Below, piece after piece: positions 63,101-64,000 of a DNA stretch of 64,000 nt. Position 1 is the stretch's first letter, and each line of letters opens with the position of its first letter. The position numbers and the translations under genes are program-made. Origin of the DNA: an uncultured Prochlorococcus sp. (GTDB lineage: Bacteria; Cyanobacteriota; Cyanobacteriia; PCC-6307; Cyanobiaceae); contig CACNCF010000005.1 of NCBI GenBank assembly GCA_902618795.1, forward strand, positions 10,401 to 74,400, in the 5' to 3' direction. The notes below the pieces were generated by a model. It saw nothing but the letters and a program-made list of their open reading frames with translations. It did not search any database and had not been told where the DNA came from.

Positions 63101-64000
63101 TCATTTTGTCTCCATCCAATTGTCTCCAATTCCAATATCAACTAAAAGAGGCACATTCAATTTTACACAATCTTCCATAGTCTTCTTCACTAATTTCGTC
63201 GTAATTTCCAAAGAATCTGGTTCAACTTCAAACAATAATTCATCGTGTACTTGTAAAAGCATTTTTGCGGGAACATTCATTTCTATGAATTTTTTATTTA
63301 GTTGAACCATTGCAATTTTAATAATATCTGCACTTGAACCCTGAATTGGGGCATTGGCTGCGGCTCTTAGTGACTGTGCTTCCATGCCAGCTCTTCTTGC
63401 GGACTGCAAGTCAATTTCGTAAGGATCTTTTCCTATTAGTCTTCCAAGTCCATTTTTATCAAACTTAAATTCTCTCTTTCTACCAAAAATTGTTTTTACA
63501 TAACCTTTTGATAAAGCAAGCCTTTCTTGAAGTTCAAGAAATTTGAAAATTTTTGAATATCTTTCTTTGTATTTTATTAGGAATTCTTTTGCTTCTGGAG
63601 TACTTACTCCTGTAGAACGTGCAAACTTTTTAATTCCCATACCATAGATAACTCCGAAATTTATTGTTTTCCCAACTCTCCTCTCATCAGAAGAAATTTC
63701 TTCTTTCTCAAAAATTAATCTTGCAGTCAAAGAATGAATGTCATCATTTTTATGAAATGCATTTATTAGTATTTCTTCATCTGCTAAGTGAGCGAGTATT
63801 CTTAATTCGATCTGAGAATAATCAGCTGATAAAAGTTTCCAATTTTTTTCAGGCAAAAACGCTTTTCTGATTCTCTTACTAAATTCAGTCCTAACCGGGA
63901 TATTTTGAAGATTAGGATTGCTACTACTTAGTCTCCCAGTCGCTGTAGCAGCTTGATTAAAGTTTGTATGAACTCTTCCTGTCTTTTCGTTAATAAGATT
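63101..64000 (-). CDS. polA: DNA polymerase I (C-terminal part; runs off window end)
   Basis: TGRLSSSNPNLQNIP upstream of the ORF-track start; ADYSQIELR, KTINFG..YG, QVHDE motifs. Confidence 0.97.
   Translation of the reverse strand, partial: NLINEKTGRVHTNFNQAATATGRLSSSNPNLQNIPVRTEFSKRIRKAFLPEKNWKLLSADYSQIELRILAHLADEEILINAFHKNDDIHSLTARLIFEKEEISSDERRVGKTINFGVIYGMGIKKFARSTGVSTPEAKEFLIKYKERYSKIFKFLELQERLALSKGYVKTIFGRKREFKFDKNGLGRLIGKDPYEIDLQSARRAGMEAQSLRAAANAPIQGSSADIIKIAMVQLNKKFIEMNVPAKMLLQVHDELLFEVEPDSLEITTKLVKKTMEDCVKLNVPLLVDIGIGDNWMETK

Overview
AT-rich cyanobacterial chromosome segment, most likely a high-light Prochlorococcus (358-aa D2, psbD-psbC, ycf4, petM, isiB, MIF-like gene, Yfr2-type RNA). 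1-13.7 kb is the edge of a cell-surface polysaccharide (LPS) island ending at tRNA-Arg(TCT). 14-41 kb and 43.8-64 kb are mostly core genes (manC, pnp, rpsN, serS, yidC, rnpA, rpmH, glyQ, futA, cobQ, psbDC, ilvN, NTRC, pntAB, dxr, cysS, polA). The most unusual part is a ~2.4 kb accessory patch after tRNA-Ser(CGA), 41.4-43.8 kb. It holds two tandem 203 bp and 261 bp gene-less units, each closed by a copy of the tRNA 3' end and filled with 10-bp-phased repeats. After these come a candidate structured sRNA, a CP12-C-terminus-like peptide, a rhomboid protease, small proteins, and a Yfr2 sRNA beside a complementary Yfr1-like hairpin. All calls come from reading the sequence; no searches were run.
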